Shown here: one piece after another, positions 13,401 through 25,356 of the stretch | Position numbering within the stretch: position 1 is the stretch's first letter | Layout of the letters: each line of letters starts with the position of its first letter | NCBI GenBank assembly: GCA_965644295.1 | Contig: CBFFRP010000241.1 | Coordinates: 140,972-204,971, forward strand | DNA from: Paraphysomonas bandaiensis | Taxonomy: Eukaryota > Protista > Chrysophyceae | Length of the DNA: 64,000 bases | Direction of reading: 5' to 3' | Position numbers and translations under genes: made by a program | The notes under the pieces: generated by a model | Databases searched by the model: none | Told to the model about the DNA's origin: nothing | Seen by the model: the letters and a program-made list of their open reading frames with translations, nothing else

Positions 13401-14882
13401 ACTTCTACTCTGGAAGATCTGAAGGAGAGAAACGCTACACAGGCTGAACAGGACCAATTGCTGTTGGAGGCGCGCCAATTAAAGGTGGAGAAAGAAAACA
13501 GAGAGATTGAGCTAAAGAGGGAAAAGGCATTGGCGGTTCGGGACTATCTGCGTGCTGACAATGAAGAGAAAGTGAAGCTACGACATCAGTACGAGGAAAT
13601 AGTTGGAGAAAGTGAATTCAGCGATGTACCACACTCAGGGAACTTGGAGGCGGAAAAATCAGAGTCCAATGATGACACGACCCAGATATTTACTGCTACT
13701 GACCCTAAAACAGATTTTGGCCTCCGCGAACCTCCATCGAATGATGAAATAGTAGACCCCGTTGATGAAAAAGCTTTAATTTCAAAGATTGAGTTCATGA
13801 TGAGTGATTTTGACAAGAGAAAACAAGAAGAGGAACAGGAGCTTTTACAACGAGTGGAAAATATGCTCCACGGAACCAATATTGAATATGTTGTTGATGA
13901 CGATTCGAGAACAACTGAGCTGAATAGTAGAGAGGATGCCAATAGTGAACCAGAGTTTGAAGACGTCGATCACATCTCATCAGTTGAATTTGATCAGGAG
14001 TCTGACGCAGAGGAATATATATTAGAGCGGCCTTTGATTCATGATTCTCCTGTTCTGAAAACACAAATGTCATCTATGATGTGGAACGATGAATCTTCCT
14101 TGAATGATGAAGTTAATTACGAATATTCTGGAGCAGAGTCCTCTGGTGAAGAAAATTTAGGTAGTAGTGATTCACTGGAGCAGAATTTACATACCATTGT
14201 GATGGACAGACCGCTCCGATTTCAGGCACCTGTTCTTAGACAATCTAGTTCTAAAGAAATTATATTGATCGACAGACCTGATGTACATGTGGATACAGAA
14301 GTGTCCAGAATTTCGTACAGTTGTAATGAAGTTGTTGATGAAGAGGAGCGCAAAAAGATTAGAAGGAGGTACATTCGAGATATTCAGAAACGTGACAAGA
14401 ACAAAAGATCCCGTCGGCGTATACGCGTCATGACAAATGAATTCGACATGTCTCGCTTGCGTTCACCTAACAAGGAAGAGGAAACAAATCGTGAGGATAA
14501 AGAAAGTCCTGTGTCGACAATGCAAAACTCAACACGTGCTAAAAGTGATATTGAAAAGGCCGTTGATATAAAACATAGCTCGCCTTCTGCAAAACCTGAG
14601 AGCAAAATCTTTGCACAGAGGAAGAAAGTTACAGAACCTCCAAGTTCTGTGGAATCTCCTGGCCACAGCATCAGAGAGAATGAAGGAAGTTTAACTTATC
14701 ACAGCCCTCTAGACACTGAGCACCAGGACACTTTAGTTAAATTAATGTCGACAGAAGATAGGGAGATAATGCGTTTTCAAGAGGTTGGAAACGCCCTACA
14801 TCTAGATGATCTGGGAGATAGTGGAGAAGAGAAAGCTATGGAAGAAGAAAAATTTGTTCCTCACTTGAAGTGGCATACTTAG
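3..14882 (+). CDS. Giant intronless polycystin-1/REJ-like membrane protein: PTGQ-repeat stalk, REJ-like region, EGF-like Cys-rich region, GPS-like motif, several TM helices, C-terminal coiled coil; 5'-incomplete
   Basis: The track ORF 4452..14882 is in the same frame as CCT ACA GGA at position 3, and I see no in-frame stop through the PTGQ array, so the true start lies upstream of the window. REJ-type motifs: [61 protein letters not shown]-like [19 protein letters not shown]. Hydrophobic segments near 9490-9570, 9970-10050 and 11400-12020. Confidence 0.85.
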   Translation, partial: PTGLPTGSPTGQPTGQPTGQPTGQPTGQPTGQPTGQPTGQPTGQPTGQPTWEPTGQPTGQPTGQPTGQPTALPTGEPSGQPTGQPTGQPSGHPTGEPTGRPTGQPTGQPTGQPTWEPTGQPTGQPTGEPTGQPTGQPTGQPTCQPTGQPTGQPTGEPTGQPTCQPTGQPTGQPTGQPTGEPTSQPTGQPTGQPTGEPTGQPTGQPTSQPSGQPTGQPTGEPSIQPTGEPTGQPTGQPTGQPTSHPTGEPTGEPTGQPTGLPTGQPTSQPTGEPTRQPTGEPTGQPTGHPTGQPTGQPSGQPTGLPTGQPTGQPTGEPTGQPTGQPTGQPTVHPTGQPTGEPTGEPTGQPSGLPTGQPTGHPTGQPSGKPTGQPTGQPTGQPTGKPSGKPTGQPTGQPTGQPTGEPTGQPTGQPTGQPTGQPTGQPTGQPSGQPTGEPTGQPTGQPTGEPTGQPTGQPTGQPTGQPTGQPTGQPTGEPTGQPTGQPTGQPTGQPTGEPSGLPTGQPTGEPTGQPTGQPTGEPTGQPTGQPSGHPTGQPTGQPTGQPTGEPTGQPTGQPTGQPTGQPTGQPTGEPTGQPTGEPTGEPTGQPTGQPTGQPTGQPTGHPTGQPTGQPTGQPTGEPTGQPTGQPTGQPTGQPTGQPTGEPTGQPTGEPTGEPTGQPTGQPTGQPTGQPTGQPTGQPTGQPTGQPTGEPTGQPTGQPTGQPTGQPTGEPTGLPTGQPTGEPTGQPTGQPTGEPTGQPTGQPTGQPTGQPTGQPTGQPTGEPTGQPTGQPTGQPTGQPTGQPTGEPTGQPTGEPTGQPTGQPTGQPTGQPTGQPSGHPTGQPTGQPTGQPTGEPTGQPTGQPTGQPTGQPTGQPTGQPSGQPTGEPTGEPTGQPTGEPTGQPTGQPTGQPTGQPTGQPTGQPTGEPTGQPTGQPTGQPTGQPTGQPTGEPTGQPTGEPTGQPTGQPTGQPTGQPTGQPTGQPTGQPTGQPTGQPTGEPTGQPTGQPTGQPTGQPTGQPTGQPTGQPTGEPTGEPTGQPTGEPTGQPTGQPTGEPTGQPTGQPTGQPTGEPTGQPTGQPTGQPTGQPTGQPTGEPTGQPTGEPTGQPTGQPTGQPTGQPTGQPTGQPTGQPTGQPTGQPTGEPTGQPTGQPTGQPTGQPTGQPTGEPTGQPSGQPTGQPTGQPTGQPSGQPTGQPTGQPTGQPTGQPTGQPTGQPSGQPTGQPTGQPTAQPTGEPTGQPTGQPTGQPTGEPTGQPTGQPTGQPSGEPTGQPTGQPTGQPTGQPTGQPTGQPTGQPTGQPTGQPTGQPTGQPTGQPTGQPTGQPTGQPTGQPTGQPTGQPTGQPTGQPTGQPTGQPTGQPTGQPTGQPTGQPTGEPTGQPTGQPTGQPTGQPTGQPTGQPTGQPTGQPTGQPTGQPTGQPTGQPTGQPSGQPTGQPTGQPTGQPTGQPTGQPTGQPTGQPTGQPTGQPTGQPTGQPTGQPTSQPTGEPTGQPTGQPTGQPTGLPTGQPSGWPSSEPSSIPSSAPTKFPTMRPTLSPTVGGKRSTSHPTWRPTRRPTWCPTESPTFAPSIDYSQYAYDEMYTMYTSLDAQDDLAVSFGSFNYKGLDVDSTCSEWPSFQTNAFSIPVDGISVESISVAYGYRSTLESAFHQNIITCADKEVVDIMTDNFLTQKEFYVNCGGNKWRYAKCRSGNYVICINCGTTNRQGCYDYPQTLFHPCYKGNTQETFYSHLTIQLKESILYPQIHGQSINANENSLVVNLNISTNGVLYCSAFRVGDVIPSSVSRIVKDGAQTVVDGNSNVSSISAAVYIDDLDPMTTYSVYCYTEDFSGNSMGIEEVLATRQLANTTCCRRILLSKGVPSIQQYVLGKDEFEFSFTLNSYPQREIRVDIELVAINCGRTYNTTCGVAEAYPSQFTFSPESISLESVFVVRGETGDYNLSISTYSSKLDSDWYHGVYSNLTINPYGSNIAPPRISSAQFSPDGRKILVRFDSATHNGGADTDGFDKDFDCAEVMNFVGISSSQCRWSTSKLLTVYLRYSSNVYVNIGDVLTLYAGVVKAACLDGFVCSDFVANSPQSVVIKKSSSHVIPEVSLSVSGRTISKCSNLLLDPTLSRFKGGSMRPWKSISWTVTGTGGNATAISQLLDTEYSSDTQRTITIPYSMISVGKLTFSLRLQAFWGKSAAVSSTVTVIDDVVAEISILGPAVKSIFRWQVLELFTQTEVSFCSVNGSTNFTAFQYLWSGYKGTKFENTLSSVSNDPRSFKLPAYKLAVDTTYTFVVDVLAVDINAIQSRYSTKVKVVRSHVEAVISGGDYRVVSAYENFTLDGSASSDKDYPSSPLTAVAWSCMELSPNFGDICDIQFSSNKVQQIDTRGLIQNNVNTERMFRFGLRVTGYDGLYSTASVTVRVTPAFIPLVVIKEVQPKYSVSQGFILSCDILSSNSTIAQWNSTDVALQSISSTPLVRFVHTKNIFTFQLGITANSLSAGSSYSFQFLVSEPLHNLTFLQVAQVTVIMNEPPSGGKLDIFPSEGYALNTTFVLDAMNWDDDPEDFPLKYVFSSYNEDPSKQYVLKTASYIPSVKTFIPQGIESLEYSAVCVCTVYDIYRSEATANSSVYVWPAGADLLVVSVNMQLDEALALFDANSVLSIASSAAEVLNTVNCSLAPDCASLNRLPCKDTPHTCGECASGGYVGISGASNEKCFELSSIKGFSEDCLDDSMCLTGACVNNTCGYKRKQCASNCSQHGVCEFYYYNGTAFSTVTNTVGENASTEKLECTTGDFYCYAKCTCDYGYYGKSCTLDEDAFELAINVKNSMCNGIYQSMFIEDTSSSDVIYSRARTVTDLLHDVSVLSESALLNCTAVLTTTVFNHFELLNTDSVNSAVLQALSNIAALGSSLDDDVLNDVSDAVSLMIFSRQEYIAAGNSELNSISSNIRFISHKMYGEDIVNNTFLSPLSSYEAAIGTLNSTELVINSLDYSVEEVYGTSVIQNSAMRSDDNFSAASQPVQIDIHDYSTILGESRRLSSKPQSVTVVFPNYFPLEYVSANISTGIVKCRLSSNKKSFHVEVTCNAAPGGVPETVQAVNCPGDRLADVTYACPSYSSYPQCVTYDGYSFSVDPACTVQSYTSTTITCSCVRGGEISARNRQRRTLSDSVTTYTVTLASEKGVTETDFQTSYMFIPLYYNSTPDLVVVLSVSCFFVMGILVSASFMFMKLAQNDVMKRGKSDKGYSAGTFFETAIPLEFSDNKWSKIFVQKLQDIHVLFSIVHKASDRCLKCCKLFSHIFTFVFVNTVYANVFYDDRNLCEQISDMHDCLTVRKSRIFGSEYSACKWNKKDDVCTYNPPQLSYRGVVVASAVVLVTSILINIFIELAWERVYVYVISENTFHRKTKSSRVYVTDDEFCDMDTPKRNILSIESGTTEKCYTCMCDELSDWQNTRSKMAIALRLFTLNAISCQLGDPKKISSKSNKYHGSRASKYADMSPEPRALQSNVSYSRSLSRQFGERNMSILADDDSDSSGGHDMQAHTSSVKGGRTPECNQLKRNLCISDRQHSSSVGRHRGDSDVYIESDADDAHGSSTPNLETQGLQLHLEEEMHGGPLNGDENDRDLTTLRRQLTSQLSQLTNIMHGLPVDETDSFSPHLDTPENGDSCDENYRSHGDVAVKDEVSYCENDMSSSKCPPSTSQVLNPSSLTDKPNLGRGTNSKESQHVLDVDGITRGDHSPSNSTLPVKFRLGSDVESFVSKVSTRTELGVNSQDYSRNRMCAHELKVEIERISDSDYKQIHLFRTFLVYALPPSRRSIAERFLLGPSVLDKHKCPNSREFNIVFFGLILYFAVTICYMLLYGVHMDRNAVRVWSIILGVVVVQKLIMIDTIMVYLIHVVVATSVKHDILRLCYRLKRHGYAIMNRCTLSFKVLNSETQFSNPACIVARQFPEYPLCRLLIQLNDWDLPSVYNPPSLYQKTEFFILYGFFILGSRLPIVVNKFFIEVLIVSALGVVFAVIPQIRVVHFSYLVIVALVLFVFLLIVYYEFFKKERKPSAPQSSLSPLRSPHRSAIRHDSGLRSGKSGGSSAVSNNVSRRLSFSGDAKVHDDISSPVNFEVHSPPVSSSFKLRLHRSEDEKNDDLKDLRASESKLLGAFTNLEKFIADSSHSPSLDVEMKQNQYSTGHGISLRTPHDMARTPSVDGGSKSCENDSERHSDNDSCVSDMIVDKEVTTEDVSNVLIKSKLTEQIREARRLSLELRQQKLIRAQSLQERLEKKKSSRRKELLSTGVDKEEAVIKTEVEISQEESKTEAEIDLFLSELLKTKTADIKRELVKVYEEEISKIAADAERERQERIIALENKMNKERQAHIHGDMDINGIGAATDHIAHGELSSKEVEERREVEDEIFEKSHQQRKSLIESVQAEYMKATEQLQHELLEDRKQKVSSLESRLENRRQSATTELINIGVSEEDAIMAAEIGLHDTFQEELSRIETVTQSNVAEIMNVMTSTLEDLKERNATQAEQDQLLLEARQLKVEKENREIELKREKALAVRDYLRADNEEKVKLRHQYEEIVGESEFSDVPHSGNLEAEKSESNDDTTQIFTATDPKTDFGLREPPSNDEIVDPVDEKALISKIEFMMSDFDKRKQEEEQELLQRVENMLHGTNIEYVVDDDSRTTELNSREDANSEPEFEDVDHISSVEFDQESDAEEYILERPLIHDSPVLKTQMSSMMWNDESSLNDEVNYEYSGAESSGEENLGSSDSLEQNLHTIVMDRPLRFQAPVLRQSSSKEIILIDRPDVHVDTEVSRISYSCNEVVDEEERKKIRRRYIRDIQKRDKNKRSRRRIRVMTNEFDMSRLRSPNKEEETNREDKESPVSTMQNSTRAKSDIEKAVDIKHSSPSAKPESKIFAQRKKVTEPPSSVESPGHSIRENEGSLTYHSPLDTEHQDTLVKLMSTEDREIMRFQEVGNALHLDDLGDSGEEKAMEEEKFVPHLKWHT

Positions 14883-15697
14883 TGTTAATATGTCATGTAT
14901 ATGTTGGATATTATTGATTGGTATCGCATGAGTTTATCATAGCGTGTAAATAGCGTGTTTTATACATGTGACCAATAATTATAAGTAAGAAATATCGAAT
15001 AATATTGTTTTTAAGCGGAGAAGAATATCTACCCTTTTATTCTTGGTTCAAGGCTCAATAAAGTAGTCATATCTTTCTATTGAAGATTTATAAAACAAGT
15101 TTAAATTTATTTACATGTTTATATAACTCCAACTTTGTCTATAATACTCATCGAGTTTTCATTATTGTTTATCAATATTTTATTATTTATTATCTACATT
15201 TCTAACTTAAAGAATGATGAGCTTTATTATTTAGATTAATTAGTGTATATCTTTCTCGGAATCTCATAGCACATGTTGGTTTCATAGATTAGGAAGTTCT
15301 TTTCTCAAGAAATTGGTTAGATATTGAATAATGATAAATAAAACCTTTTCCAAGGTGATATAGTAATATTTACGGGTTGTAAGGAAGCTATGTCTTCCCG
15401 AAAGCGAAAAGGCTGAGTTTTGGCAAGGGACGATACTCCTATTGCATGTTATATTAGTAGGCAGGGCCAGTCAACAATATATTATTGGATTGCAATACAA
15501 ACATTGCAGTTACTTATTTTTGCTTATATTGATTATTATTTTAGCAAAATATACCCTCGCAATATTTTGCTAATGCTAGTGTGCCTAAGAAAATATACTC
15601 GATTAATCATAAACTACTCTTCATAATCACATAGCTCATCTACTGTATTTTAACATCGAACAATTACGATAACTACCTGCAACGTAGAACGCTATTC

Positions 15698-16016
15698 TGT
15701 CAAGGTTTGACATTATATGAGAAGTATTAACTTAACAACAGAAGGTAACTTATACTCAAAGCTGAGAATTATAAATTATAATCAATGTCTCTTATCATTC
15801 ATCAATATCATGTTGTCTCCACTACCACTCATTTCTCGTACGACGATCTTACATCGTCACTACAACTTGCATCGTCACAATATTCCGTTTTACCGCTATG
15901 TGCTTATCGTCATTCATTCTCACAATACGATTAACAAGACTACAACTGTATAATACAGTAATTTAAATACCTTATAACTACAGCTTTCAATTGCTCTCAT
16001 ATAGCAGAACTCAACA
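15698..16016 (-). repeat. Copia-1 3' LTR
   Basis: Direct repeat of 20910-21228, preceded on the minus strand by the PPT. Confidence 0.97.
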
Positions 16017-16159
16017 CTCCCTCTCAATTCAAAGCTGTAGATAGACTCTTCACATCACAAAACATAACTGACGGATACGCAACCACCGAAACCAAACAGG
16101 ACAAACAGGTGGACGTATGACTCCGACATTTCAGCTAGTCTCACAGTACAGTCAACTGA

Positions 16160-19100
16160 TCACTTACGTCGTTTGAACGTCTTTTCTCTAATAACCTCAA
16201 CAGATGATTTTCGATCCTCTCCTAGGCATCTCTTCCTGTGTTTCTCGAAAGTTACACCACACAACGATTTCGTGAATATGTCTGCTGTCTGATCATCTGT
16301 TCCAACGTGGTACAATATGGCAGTGTTAAAGAGGCCATCTGGATCTACGTGTTCCCTAACCCAATGGTATTTGATCTCGATGTGTTTTGAACGCTTATGG
16401 AACACCGGATTCAATGCTAAGTCACGAGCACTCTGGCTATCCAAGAAAAATGGTGTGGGTTCGCGTAGACGAAGTCCTAATTCGTCCAACACCCCCGAAG
16501 CCATACCAGTTCTTGCATGCCAGCATACATAGCCTGATACTCACTTTGCATTGATGACGTTGAAACGGTAGCCTGTAAAATGGACTGCCAGATAAGTGGT
16601 CCACCGGCGGCAAATACTATGTATCCAGTCGTAGATCGGCGTGACACCACATCGCCAGCCCAGTCTGCATCAGTAAAGATGTGCATGTCGAAATGCTTAC
16701 TACTGAACCGAATACCCTTTCGAACTGTACCCCTAACGTACTGCAATAGGTACGTCATTAAATAACATGTAGCCCGGGTAGGCTTAGATGCATATCTAGA
16801 TAACAAACCAACTGCATATGCAATATCAGGGCGAGTATTCATAGATAGATATAACATGGCACCCAGTAGGCTGCGATAAGGATAATTATCTACTCCCTCT
16901 TTCTCCTCAGGTGTGAGATCGCTGTCTGCTTGATTAATTCTGTCCATTGCATCGAGGGGTAGCGGCGACTTTCGGATTTTTGATGAGGGACCGAGGAAAT
17001 CAGCGAATTTGAGAAGAATTTTCTCCGCATATGTCTGCTGATCCAGCTGAATGAAATCCTGTCCTCGCGTGACACGAACATTCAGGAAATGTTCAACGGC
17101 TCCCATATCCGTCATGTCGAATCGTTCGCAGAATCTAGCTTTTATTTCTGTAATAATATTAAGGTCAGCACATGCGATGACGATGTCATCCACATATATG
17201 GTGAGATACACTTTATGACCTTTATATACAGCATGATACAAGCAAGGTTCTAACACACACGGTCGAAATCCCAAGGATTTGATGAACTTGTTTATGGTTT
17301 TCCACCATGATCGTGGTGAACTACGGAGTCCATATAGAGATTTCTTCAATTTAAAACAATGTCCAGGTGGAAGTTGAAAATCTGGAGTAGGATTCATGTA
17401 AACGTCGCCTTCAATATCGGCATAACAGAACGCACTGGAGACATCGAGTTGATGCACAAACATACTGAACACAAGAGCCAACGCCAGAATCAACCGAACA
17501 GATATACTCTTGACTACAGGGGCAAATGTGTTGTCCACATCGACGCCAGATTGTTGACCGTACCCAAGTGCTACAAGTCGTGCTTTATGCTTCTTGATGG
17601 AGCCATCCTTATTGTACTTTCGCTTATATACGTAACGAGATTTAAGAGGTCGTGCATCAGGCGGAGTTTCTACTACTTCAAACACTTCACGCTGAAAAAG
17701 TGCATTCCGTTCTAATCTGCGCGCCTCCTTCCATTTGTCTGCATCACTACACTGAAGAGACTCTTCGTATGACTCAGGCTCCCTATAATCAGACGGGTCA
17801 GTAATCAATGAGTCATCACTTGCCTTACACATATTAACGGCATCTTCCCCACACAGGAAGTTGATTTCACCCAGAGTAGACACGTTGGTCATCACTCTTT
17901 GGGTTCGTACCCTCTTGCTTATAGCAGCTGGCGGGTTAGCAGTTTGACTACTAGGGACACACACACTTGTCTCTCTAGACGAAGTGCTCACGCTTCTCTC
18001 GGGTAAGGCACATGGAGTCTGCTCACTCCCTGATGAGTCATCTGCCGTAGACTGTTTGGGTGTCCCACCCCCAGCCGGCATCGATCGCTCCTCACCACCT
18101 GCCCCATCGTCACGGGTCGCAGGATTTTCGTGCCACCTGCGCAAATTATACGACTGAGTTAGTTTCACTACATCAGCTATATGTATCGGAGTCTTCTCCT
18201 CCAACTGCTCTCTACCAGCAGTTACTAAGGCTCTATAAGCCACGATCAAACCTTTCCGAACCACGACTCTCGTAGTCCTAAACAGGAAACCCTCATCGGT
18301 ATGGTAAGATCCAATCAAATGGTTGAACTCTTCAACCTGTCGAGCCTGGGGATCATGTTTAACTAACGCAGCCTCCAGCTCCTCGAAATACTCCTTCTCT
18401 CTGGGGGGAATGCTTTCGTCGAATAACACATGTATTGACACAACTTCGGACTCTCCTAGCCATATTCTGTATCCCCTCTTCTTTTTGGAGAGACCTAAAA
18501 AATATCCAATCTGCGATTTGCCTTGCCAATTTTTTCGACGATCACCCCTGGGAGTCTTCACATAAGCTTTACACCCCCATCGACGCAAACTGGATAAATC
18601 TGGAACAGAACCCCCAGGTACACACTCCATGGGAGACATCCATCCGCGATAGGTCCGAGTGGGCATCATGCGAATAATTTCAGATGCATATACGTAGGCA
18701 TCCCACCAGAATGGAACTGGGAATCCAGCATCTGACAGCATTGCAAGAGTCATCTCTCCCGCGGTTCGAAAGCGTCTCTCAGACACGCCATTCATCTCAG
18801 GTGAGTCTGTAGAGCTCCACGTAATTGAGGCGCCAAACTTGCTGTGAAGATACTCCTGAATAGACTTATCAATGAGTTCGGCTCCCCCGTCGGCATGATA
18901 CACAGATAGTCGATGAACTCCTGGATACTTGGGTAGAAGAACCTCGACCCAATTCCTAATGTGCTCCAACACTTCACTTGCGGTCCGAGTTTTCAACGGA
19001 AACTCCCAGCATTCCTTGGTGGCCACATCTGTCAACGCTAATACATACCGGTATCCCTGTCGAGAAGGACAATTGAAATATACTCCTATATCGACAGTTA

Positions 19101-20925
19101 CTTTTTCCAGAAACCTTGTCGCCTGTAGCTCTTCATCACTCTTCCCAGGAAACGAGATTCTGGTAATCTTCGACTTTGCACAGGCTTTGCAGATACCCTT
19201 GGTTTTCTGAAGACTCTTCTTACTCAGATGAGATCTGTTGAGGCCACTCCCTGTGAACAACCGATGTTTGAAAGCTTCTAATAGCTTGCGCTTGCTGACA
19301 TGCCCGCATCGCTTGTGAAGCAATTCCAGAGGGTCTTCATTTGTTTTATCCGATAGATGTACTTCTGCAGCTAAACTCGTCAAGTCAGGTAACTCCAACA
19401 AGTCCTTTAGATCAACGAAGGGCATTCCATTATCTGAATACCTAGCTTCAAGAACAACTTCTGCATTATCCAATCGCACTATTTTTGGGGTCTCTAGCAG
19501 CTGAAGTCCATATCCAAGCGTACGAAGCATCCCTCCCGAACAAATATTCTTGACTGAGTCGGGGCATACCTTTAATTTTGTCCAGTCACCATAGTTGCCT
19601 GAGCCAGTATATCGTAAGCTGGATCCCGCTTTGGTTGTCTGAATGGTCCCTTCGTCTGCAACAAATGTCTGTAGAATATCACTGTTCTTGATGATGAAGA
19701 GTTGTTTCGACGCGCAGCTGTCTAGAAATACAATGTCTTCAGAAGTATGCAGCACCTCATCTGCAACATTCACTTCTAAGTTACTCGATTCATCATATAA
19801 CAACATGTGCACAGAATCATCCTCTTGCTCGTCTCTTTGAAGATAACGATTCCAGTCCGAGCTCTTTTTGATGGGCCTTTCCATCGTACCGTTTTTTTCG
19901 GAAAAATGTCGTTTTTTGTTAACAGAATCCTCCGCTTTCCTTGTTTTTCGAACTTGAGCTCGATGTCTGCATTCATGAGCTCGATGTCCAGATACGCCAC
20001 ACACAAAGCATCCATCATCATCAGCGCCATTCTTTGACTTACTTCTTTTGGATTCTGCTTGTTGGCTTCGATGCTTGTTTTTACCATTGCGCTTCATTTG
20101 GGAGATCTTCAGATCTTTCTTCTTCATCCAGCAGTTCTTCTGCGTGTGACCTCGTTTTCCACATTTAGAGTATGAGCATGTTACCTCTTGATCAGAAGAA
20201 TTCCAATGTACTTCCGGTGCAGAAGACTCCTGTGGTAGACCCTTTGCCTGGTCGAAGCGCCTACAAATGGTGATCATCTCATTAAATGAAATATCACCTT
20301 TCAGGTAGATGTTTGTGTACAGCTGCTCCAGATCCTTCCTCGTTTCCAGCGCAGTCTGCAGCTTCGTTTTTTTGGATACGTCAGTTGGCGGCTCACCAAG
20401 TTCCGTCATTTTTTGGACAATTCCGTTCAGTCGATCAATGGCTGTACACACCAGCTCCCCCTGTAGAATTCTAAATGACGCAAACTGTTTATTCAGTTCC
20501 ACCAATTCGTACTGGGTTTCCCCACGAAATCTAATAACCAATTTATTTACCAATTCACTTGCTAACATCTCCTTATCAGGATCATCAGGTGGAAGCATGT
20601 CCTTCTCTCGGAAGTATTGATCAACAATCTCAAGCGCCTCCGCAACAGGTTGAACAGCTTCGAAGATGGAACTGATGCAGGTGTCTTTTCTCTCCAACCA
20701 CTTGTCGAGGTCTTCCTTATACTTGTTTTTCACAGCTGTGGACGCATTGTCAGCAGGTCGATGCGGTCGCTCTTCCAACCCAAGATGGTTCCGATTCTTT
20801 CTCATAAGCCAAACTCTCAATCGCTTCGTCCAGTTCACAACACCGAACTGATCGAACTTCGGAAGGTGTTTCCATTCCGAACTACTTGCGGAACTACCGT
20901 CTGCTACCATGTCAAGGTTTGACAT
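16160..20925 (-). CDS. Copia Gag-PR-IN-RT-RNaseH polyprotein with a 1-nt frameshift in RNase H (~16490)
   Basis: Two CCHC knuckles; PR FLDSCAS; IN HKRCGH..CKAC, YHADGG, NGVSER; RT KARLVA, LDVSSAF, LYGLR, YVDD; RNase H TDADWAG. ORF 16160-16504 supplies DSQSA..KHIEIKYHWVRE..ADIFTK. Confidence 0.95.
20900..20909 (-). other. Primer-binding site TGGTAGCAGA (initiator tRNA-Met type)
   Basis: Immediately follows the LTR terminal CA and is complementary to the eukaryotic tRNAi-Met 3' end UCUGCUACCA. Confidence 0.85.
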
Positions 20926-21228
20926 TATATGAGAAGTATTAACTTAACAACAGAAGGTAACTTATACTCAAAGCTGAGAATTATAAATTATAATCAATGT
21001 CTCTTATCATTCATCAATATCATGTTGTCTCCACTACCACTCATTTCTCGTACGACGATCTTACATCGTCACTACAACTTGCATCGTCACAATATTCCGT
21101 TTTACCGCTATGTGCTTATCGTCATTCATTCTCACAATACGATTAACAAGACTACAACTGTATAATACAGTAATTTAAATACCTTATAACTACAGCTTTC
21201 AATTGCTCTCATATAGCAGAACTCAACA
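20910..21228 (-). repeat. Copia-1 5' LTR
   Basis: Direct repeat of 15698-16016, followed on the minus strand by the PBS. Confidence 0.97.
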
Positions 21229-21829
21229 TATTCATGTTCAATATTAGAATTCGTACTGTCTGTGTCTGTCAAGCTATTCACCAAATAGTAAATTGATGCT
21301 GTCATCCTCATACAAACATGTTTTTTCTTAGAATCTGTAGTAGTATGCCAGTTTAAACAGTCAATGAGTAAGTGTCAGTATAGCGATCGCTATATCCGCC
21401 CAAACTATTATACTAAACTATTATTCGATTCCAAACTATTCCGCCGTCATCTCTTTCATATCTATTACATACAGTATGATGTATGTATGTGAACAGGCGA
21501 AGAAATTGTTTGCTATTATTATTTTGACAGTATTGTTCAGTGGTTTTACTCTCCATCTCTGCCCATGGTGTGTTTTGATCGATTCATTCCTCTGATTTCA
21601 TTGTTTCATTAATTAAACATTTCGTCAACGAAGGAATTTTACGAAATTTTGGGAAAAGCTAGGGTTCTTTCCAGTATTGATGTAGAAATGTTTTAAAAGC
21701 TATTCTGTTTGTGTAGTAAGCCAAGAGACAACAAAAAATATCATTTTGGTGTGGCACATACAGTATGTTTTCAGCAAAGCAAATCATACAACCTGTTTTC
21801 ACACAGCATTCTGAAGATAAAGACAAATA

Positions 21830-22267
21830 AATGGTATTGTTCAAACCCTATCTTCAATAAGGCCATTGTGAAGACTCAGAATGGGTACAAGGAATCTCTG
21901 ACTCGTCAACTAAACGGATGCAGAAGAAGCTGAATCAGTGGATAGGGCTGTCGAATTGGCAAATGTAAGAAACGCTGCTGCTGCATTTGAATGCCACAGA
22001 GCTACCAAGAAGTTACGACGACAGCTTGACCACAATCACGTATTCAGTACAACAAACGTTGCGGATCGTTTTTGTTCAGCCGAGCCATGATATTCATGAC
22101 AATTTGCGACAAGGAGTGACCCCCGACGCCTCGAACTGCTGCTGTTCCTTCACTTCAACAAGCACTTGTGGACCGCAAAGACAGTACAGCAGGTCATCGA
22201 TGATGGACTGTCCGATCATAAGAATGAAGACGACAGTGACGAAGAGTTGGAACACTTAGAGTATTAG
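21830..22267 (+). pseudogene. Frameshifted hAT transposase C-terminus (dimerisation domain)
   Basis: Across frameshifts it reads NPIFNKAIVKTQNG...FSTTNVADR/LFSRAMIFMT/RRLELLLFLHFNKHLWTAKTVQQVIDD, matching the hAT pattern SxxERxFSxA...LExLLFL..N..LW. Confidence 0.75.
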
Positions 22268-23137
22268 TTGCTGCATTGTTATTGGGTTTTCATCATTTTG
22301 TGTTGTAACCTCTACTAACTAGTTACTACCGATCGAGCTCATTTCTTCTTCTTAGCGCCCAATACATATCAATATATTGTAACATACTTAATAACTATTA
22401 TTGGTCCTGAAAATATTATTATTATTTATTTCTGCTGGTAATATATTATAATATATTGCAATATATTGTTGACTGGCCTAGTTTGTAGGTTATCCTCATG
22501 ATATAAAAATGCTAAGTTTATAAAAATTGAAGTTTTATTAAAACTGGTGATCTGTATTTGTGTGGGGTTGGTTATTGTCTACCGGGTTGATACGGGAATA
22601 GGTATTACCGGCGGTGCTATGAGAGTTCAAGGACAGAAGCACATTTTCTGATATGACGAGATGCAGGTATACTTATTTATAACGCAGTTTCAGAACACCA
22701 CTAAACCTGTAACGTCAAATTTCATTTAGGGGGATACTTCCATCTTATTTAAAAAAATATATTACACTCCTATTAGTGCTAACTAACCGGAATCCGAGGG
22801 GATTTCTTCCTCATGTGTGTTACATATTATTCTACTTGAAATACGACAATGCATAAAGCATACAAAATATCCATGACTAACTTCGTTAGATTAAAAAATA
22901 AAACGAAATATTTCAAGAACTGCAAACCACAAGGAACAACGAAATTGACGCACAATCTCAATCACAATCTCAACAGTGCAAATAGTATCGCTATCCAACA
23001 ACACTATACAGCTCAAGTAATAATCCTCGAAATAAAAGAACAGGCCAGCAAAAAACTCTTTTCACAAACCAACCCATAAATAGGGCCAGCCAAAAAATAG
23101 GATCAGGTACATTGATCCAGAAATAGTAGTATAATAA

Positions 23138-24319
23138 TCATATATCTTCAAGAACAGAGAGTGCTTGTTCCATCTCTCCTGCTGTTGGTGGCCTCTGTCT
23201 TGTCCTGGGTCTCATCTTGGGAGGTGTCAGGCGGGTGGGGCTCTGCTCGGGGCTACTCGCAATCAGCATTTCCACTACCTCATCAGGGTGTGCATGCGCT
23301 TTAGAGTTAACTTCTTCCGCAATCCTATCCACACTGAGACGCGATATATCCGCATCGCTGTCCATACTAGAGCTGTAACCTATATCCCACCTACTTCCCC
23401 AATTTGGAGTGTTTACGCCACTTGATGTACCAGAAGGTGTATGTATAGGTGTATTCGCCACAGACAGACATACAGGTTGAATTGTCTTGCGCTTGTGTAG
23501 CCGATCCATAGACACAGACCGTCGCAAGATAGCCTTGTTCATACGGTTATCACGAGCAGACACTTCATGGGATCGCGACTGCTGGATAGTGTTGGGGCTA
23601 TGTCGTGAGTGTGGGGACGGGCTACGAGACGTGCACGGAGTACCGCGATCACACATTATGTTTGACTGAGTCGCACGTCCATTTCCATCAGATAAAGAAA
23701 TGCCACGGCTTTCTGCTGCGTGTTGACTTATATTAACAGTGGAGGCCACAGGTATAATTTTTGTACTCACTGTCCCCGACATCTTGGATGGTTTATGAAA
23801 AGTACCAAACCGTACGTACTCCTTCAACTTGCCCCACCTGGATGATATGGGCTTCAGCAGGGAGCCAGTTGCCACCTCACAGTTCATACCGTCGCTGTCA
23901 CTACCACCCACTACCTCCTCCACCAGCATTGTGTGTTTCACAAATTCTCTAGCTGCAGATGTATTTTCATGCAACCGTTTAATATCATGTGTCCACTTCT
24001 GAAGATGTGCTGCATCTGGAGGATACAGTATACATTTACTGCGTAGACGACTGATCATACTATCACGAGAGGTTTGTAACGTAGGTACATATAATTCTGC
24101 ATACATGACCAGATGATGGGCTTCATTAAACGTCAAAGAGGATTTAAAGTTTGTATTATCTGAATACCACTCACGAAATTTTATAAAACCATCACTTGGA
24201 TCACATAACTCACTGCACAGCACCGCGTATATATCCTGCTCTATGTAGGGATTTAACGGAAACTGGGTGGATACTTTTGTCATTGCTGTTAAAAGAGTTG
24301 CTGTGTTTAAGAGAGGCAT
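23138..24319 (-). CDS. Hypothetical protein (393 aa; helical N-terminus, S/P/R-rich disordered C-terminus)
   Basis: Long ATG-initiated single-exon ORF in an AAGTATG context. No family recognised. Confidence 0.7.
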   Translation of the reverse strand: MPLLNTATLLTAMTKVSTQFPLNPYIEQDIYAVLCSELCDPSDGFIKFREWYSDNTNFKSSLTFNEAHHLVMYAELYVPTLQTSRDSMISRLRSKCILYPPDAAHLQKWTHDIKRLHENTSAAREFVKHTMLVEEVVGGSDSDGMNCEVATGSLLKPISSRWGKLKEYVRFGTFHKPSKMSGTVSTKIIPVASTVNISQHAAESRGISLSDGNGRATQSNIMCDRGTPCTSRSPSPHSRHSPNTIQQSRSHEVSARDNRMNKAILRRSVSMDRLHKRKTIQPVCLSVANTPIHTPSGTSSGVNTPNWGSRWDIGYSSSMDSDADISRLSVDRIAEEVNSKAHAHPDEVVEMLIASSPEQSPTRLTPPKMRPRTRQRPPTAGEMEQALSVLEDI

Positions 24320-24630
24320 ACTTGGGATTGTTCTATGTGTGAATTAGATGCTCATATGTATGTATATGGGGGTATGATGTGAGTGTATGTATGGGTGTGT
24401 GTATGTACCGGATGAGGCTAATACACATACATATATACATATACAGCCCAGCTAAATACTCATGAGATGATGCGGATTACAGGAGAGACTTGTGGTGATC
24501 TTCGGTTAGAACTTGTTCCATTATGAGTGGAATGGAATGCTCTGACACAACCTCGTAATGAGTATGTATATACATAGAGCACGTAGAGCAGGGAATATGC
24601 ATATGTTGATGTTGATGAGTGTGTGCTGCG

Positions 24631-25059
24631 TATGTATGTATGTATGTATGTATGTATGTATGTATGTATGTATGTATGTATGTATGTATGTATGTATGTA
24701 TGTATGTATGTATGTATGTATGTATGTATGTATGTATGTATGTATGTATGTATGTATGTATGTATGTAGGTAGGTATGTATGTAGGTATGTATGTATGTA
24801 TGTATGTATGTATGTATGTATGTATGTATGTATGTATGTATGTATGTATGTATGTATGTATGTATGTATGTATGTATGTATGTATGTATGTATGTATGTA
24901 TGTATGTATGTATGTATGTATGTATGTATGTATGTATGTATGTAGGTATGTATGTATGTATGTATGTATGTATGTATGTATGTATGTATGTATGTATGTA
25001 TGTATGTATGTATGTATGTATGTATGTATGTATGTATGTATGTATGTATACCATATATG

Positions 25060-25093
<34 letters not shown>

Positions 25094-25214
25094 TGTATGT
25101 ATGTATGTATGTATGTATGTATGTATGTATGTATGTATGTATGTATGTATGTATGTATGTATGTATGTATGTATGTATGTATGTATGTATGTATGTATGT
25201 ATGTATGTATGTAT
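24631..25214. repeat. (TATG)n microsatellite, ~585 bp, with a few TAGG interruptions
   Basis: Seen directly. It lies between two divergently oriented genes. Confidence 0.99.
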
Positions 25215-25356
25215 CCTTTACCGGGGTATGGTATCGTATAGTATCGTATACTTAAGAGTGAATCAAAGAAAGATTGTTGTTACATAATCGCTCAGTCCTC
25301 ATCGCCTCTCTCTACATCCACTGAGTATTCGGGACACATGTTCTGATAATATAATA

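Larger units (their letters stand above)
15698..21228 (-). mobile_element. Full-length Ty1/Copia LTR retrotransposon (Copia-1)
   Basis: 319-bp LTRs at 15698-16016 and 20910-21228, identical by eye, TG..CA ends. 5-bp TSD TATTC (15693-15697, 21229-21233). PBS TGGTAGCAGA adjacent to the 5' LTR. PPT GAATTGAGAGGGAG. Confidence 0.97.
15462..22481 (+). mobile_element. Decayed hAT DNA transposon (~1.5 kb net) interrupted by the Copia-1 insertion
   Basis: TIRs CAGGGCCAGTCAACAATATAT (15462-15482) and ATATATTGTTGACTGGCCTAG (22461-22481), 18-bp core perfect. Imperfect 8-bp TSD TTAGTAGG/TTTGTAGG. Internal transposase remnant. Confidence 0.8.

Noticed and set aside
16066-16095. Hammerhead-like CTGACGG...GAAAC in the Copia 3' UTR and the TRIM-like element (retrozyme idea)
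   Set aside because: The core is CUGACGG, not CUGANGA; there is no stem II, and GAAA is not kept in the 48.9/49.0 kb copies.
15717-21165. Identical 78-aa ORFs at 15717 and 20929
   Set aside because: Chance antisense ORF inside the two LTR copies, not a duplicated gene.
24521-25287. MYVC/YIHT repeat ORFs
   Set aside because: Translations of the (TATG)n microsatellite.
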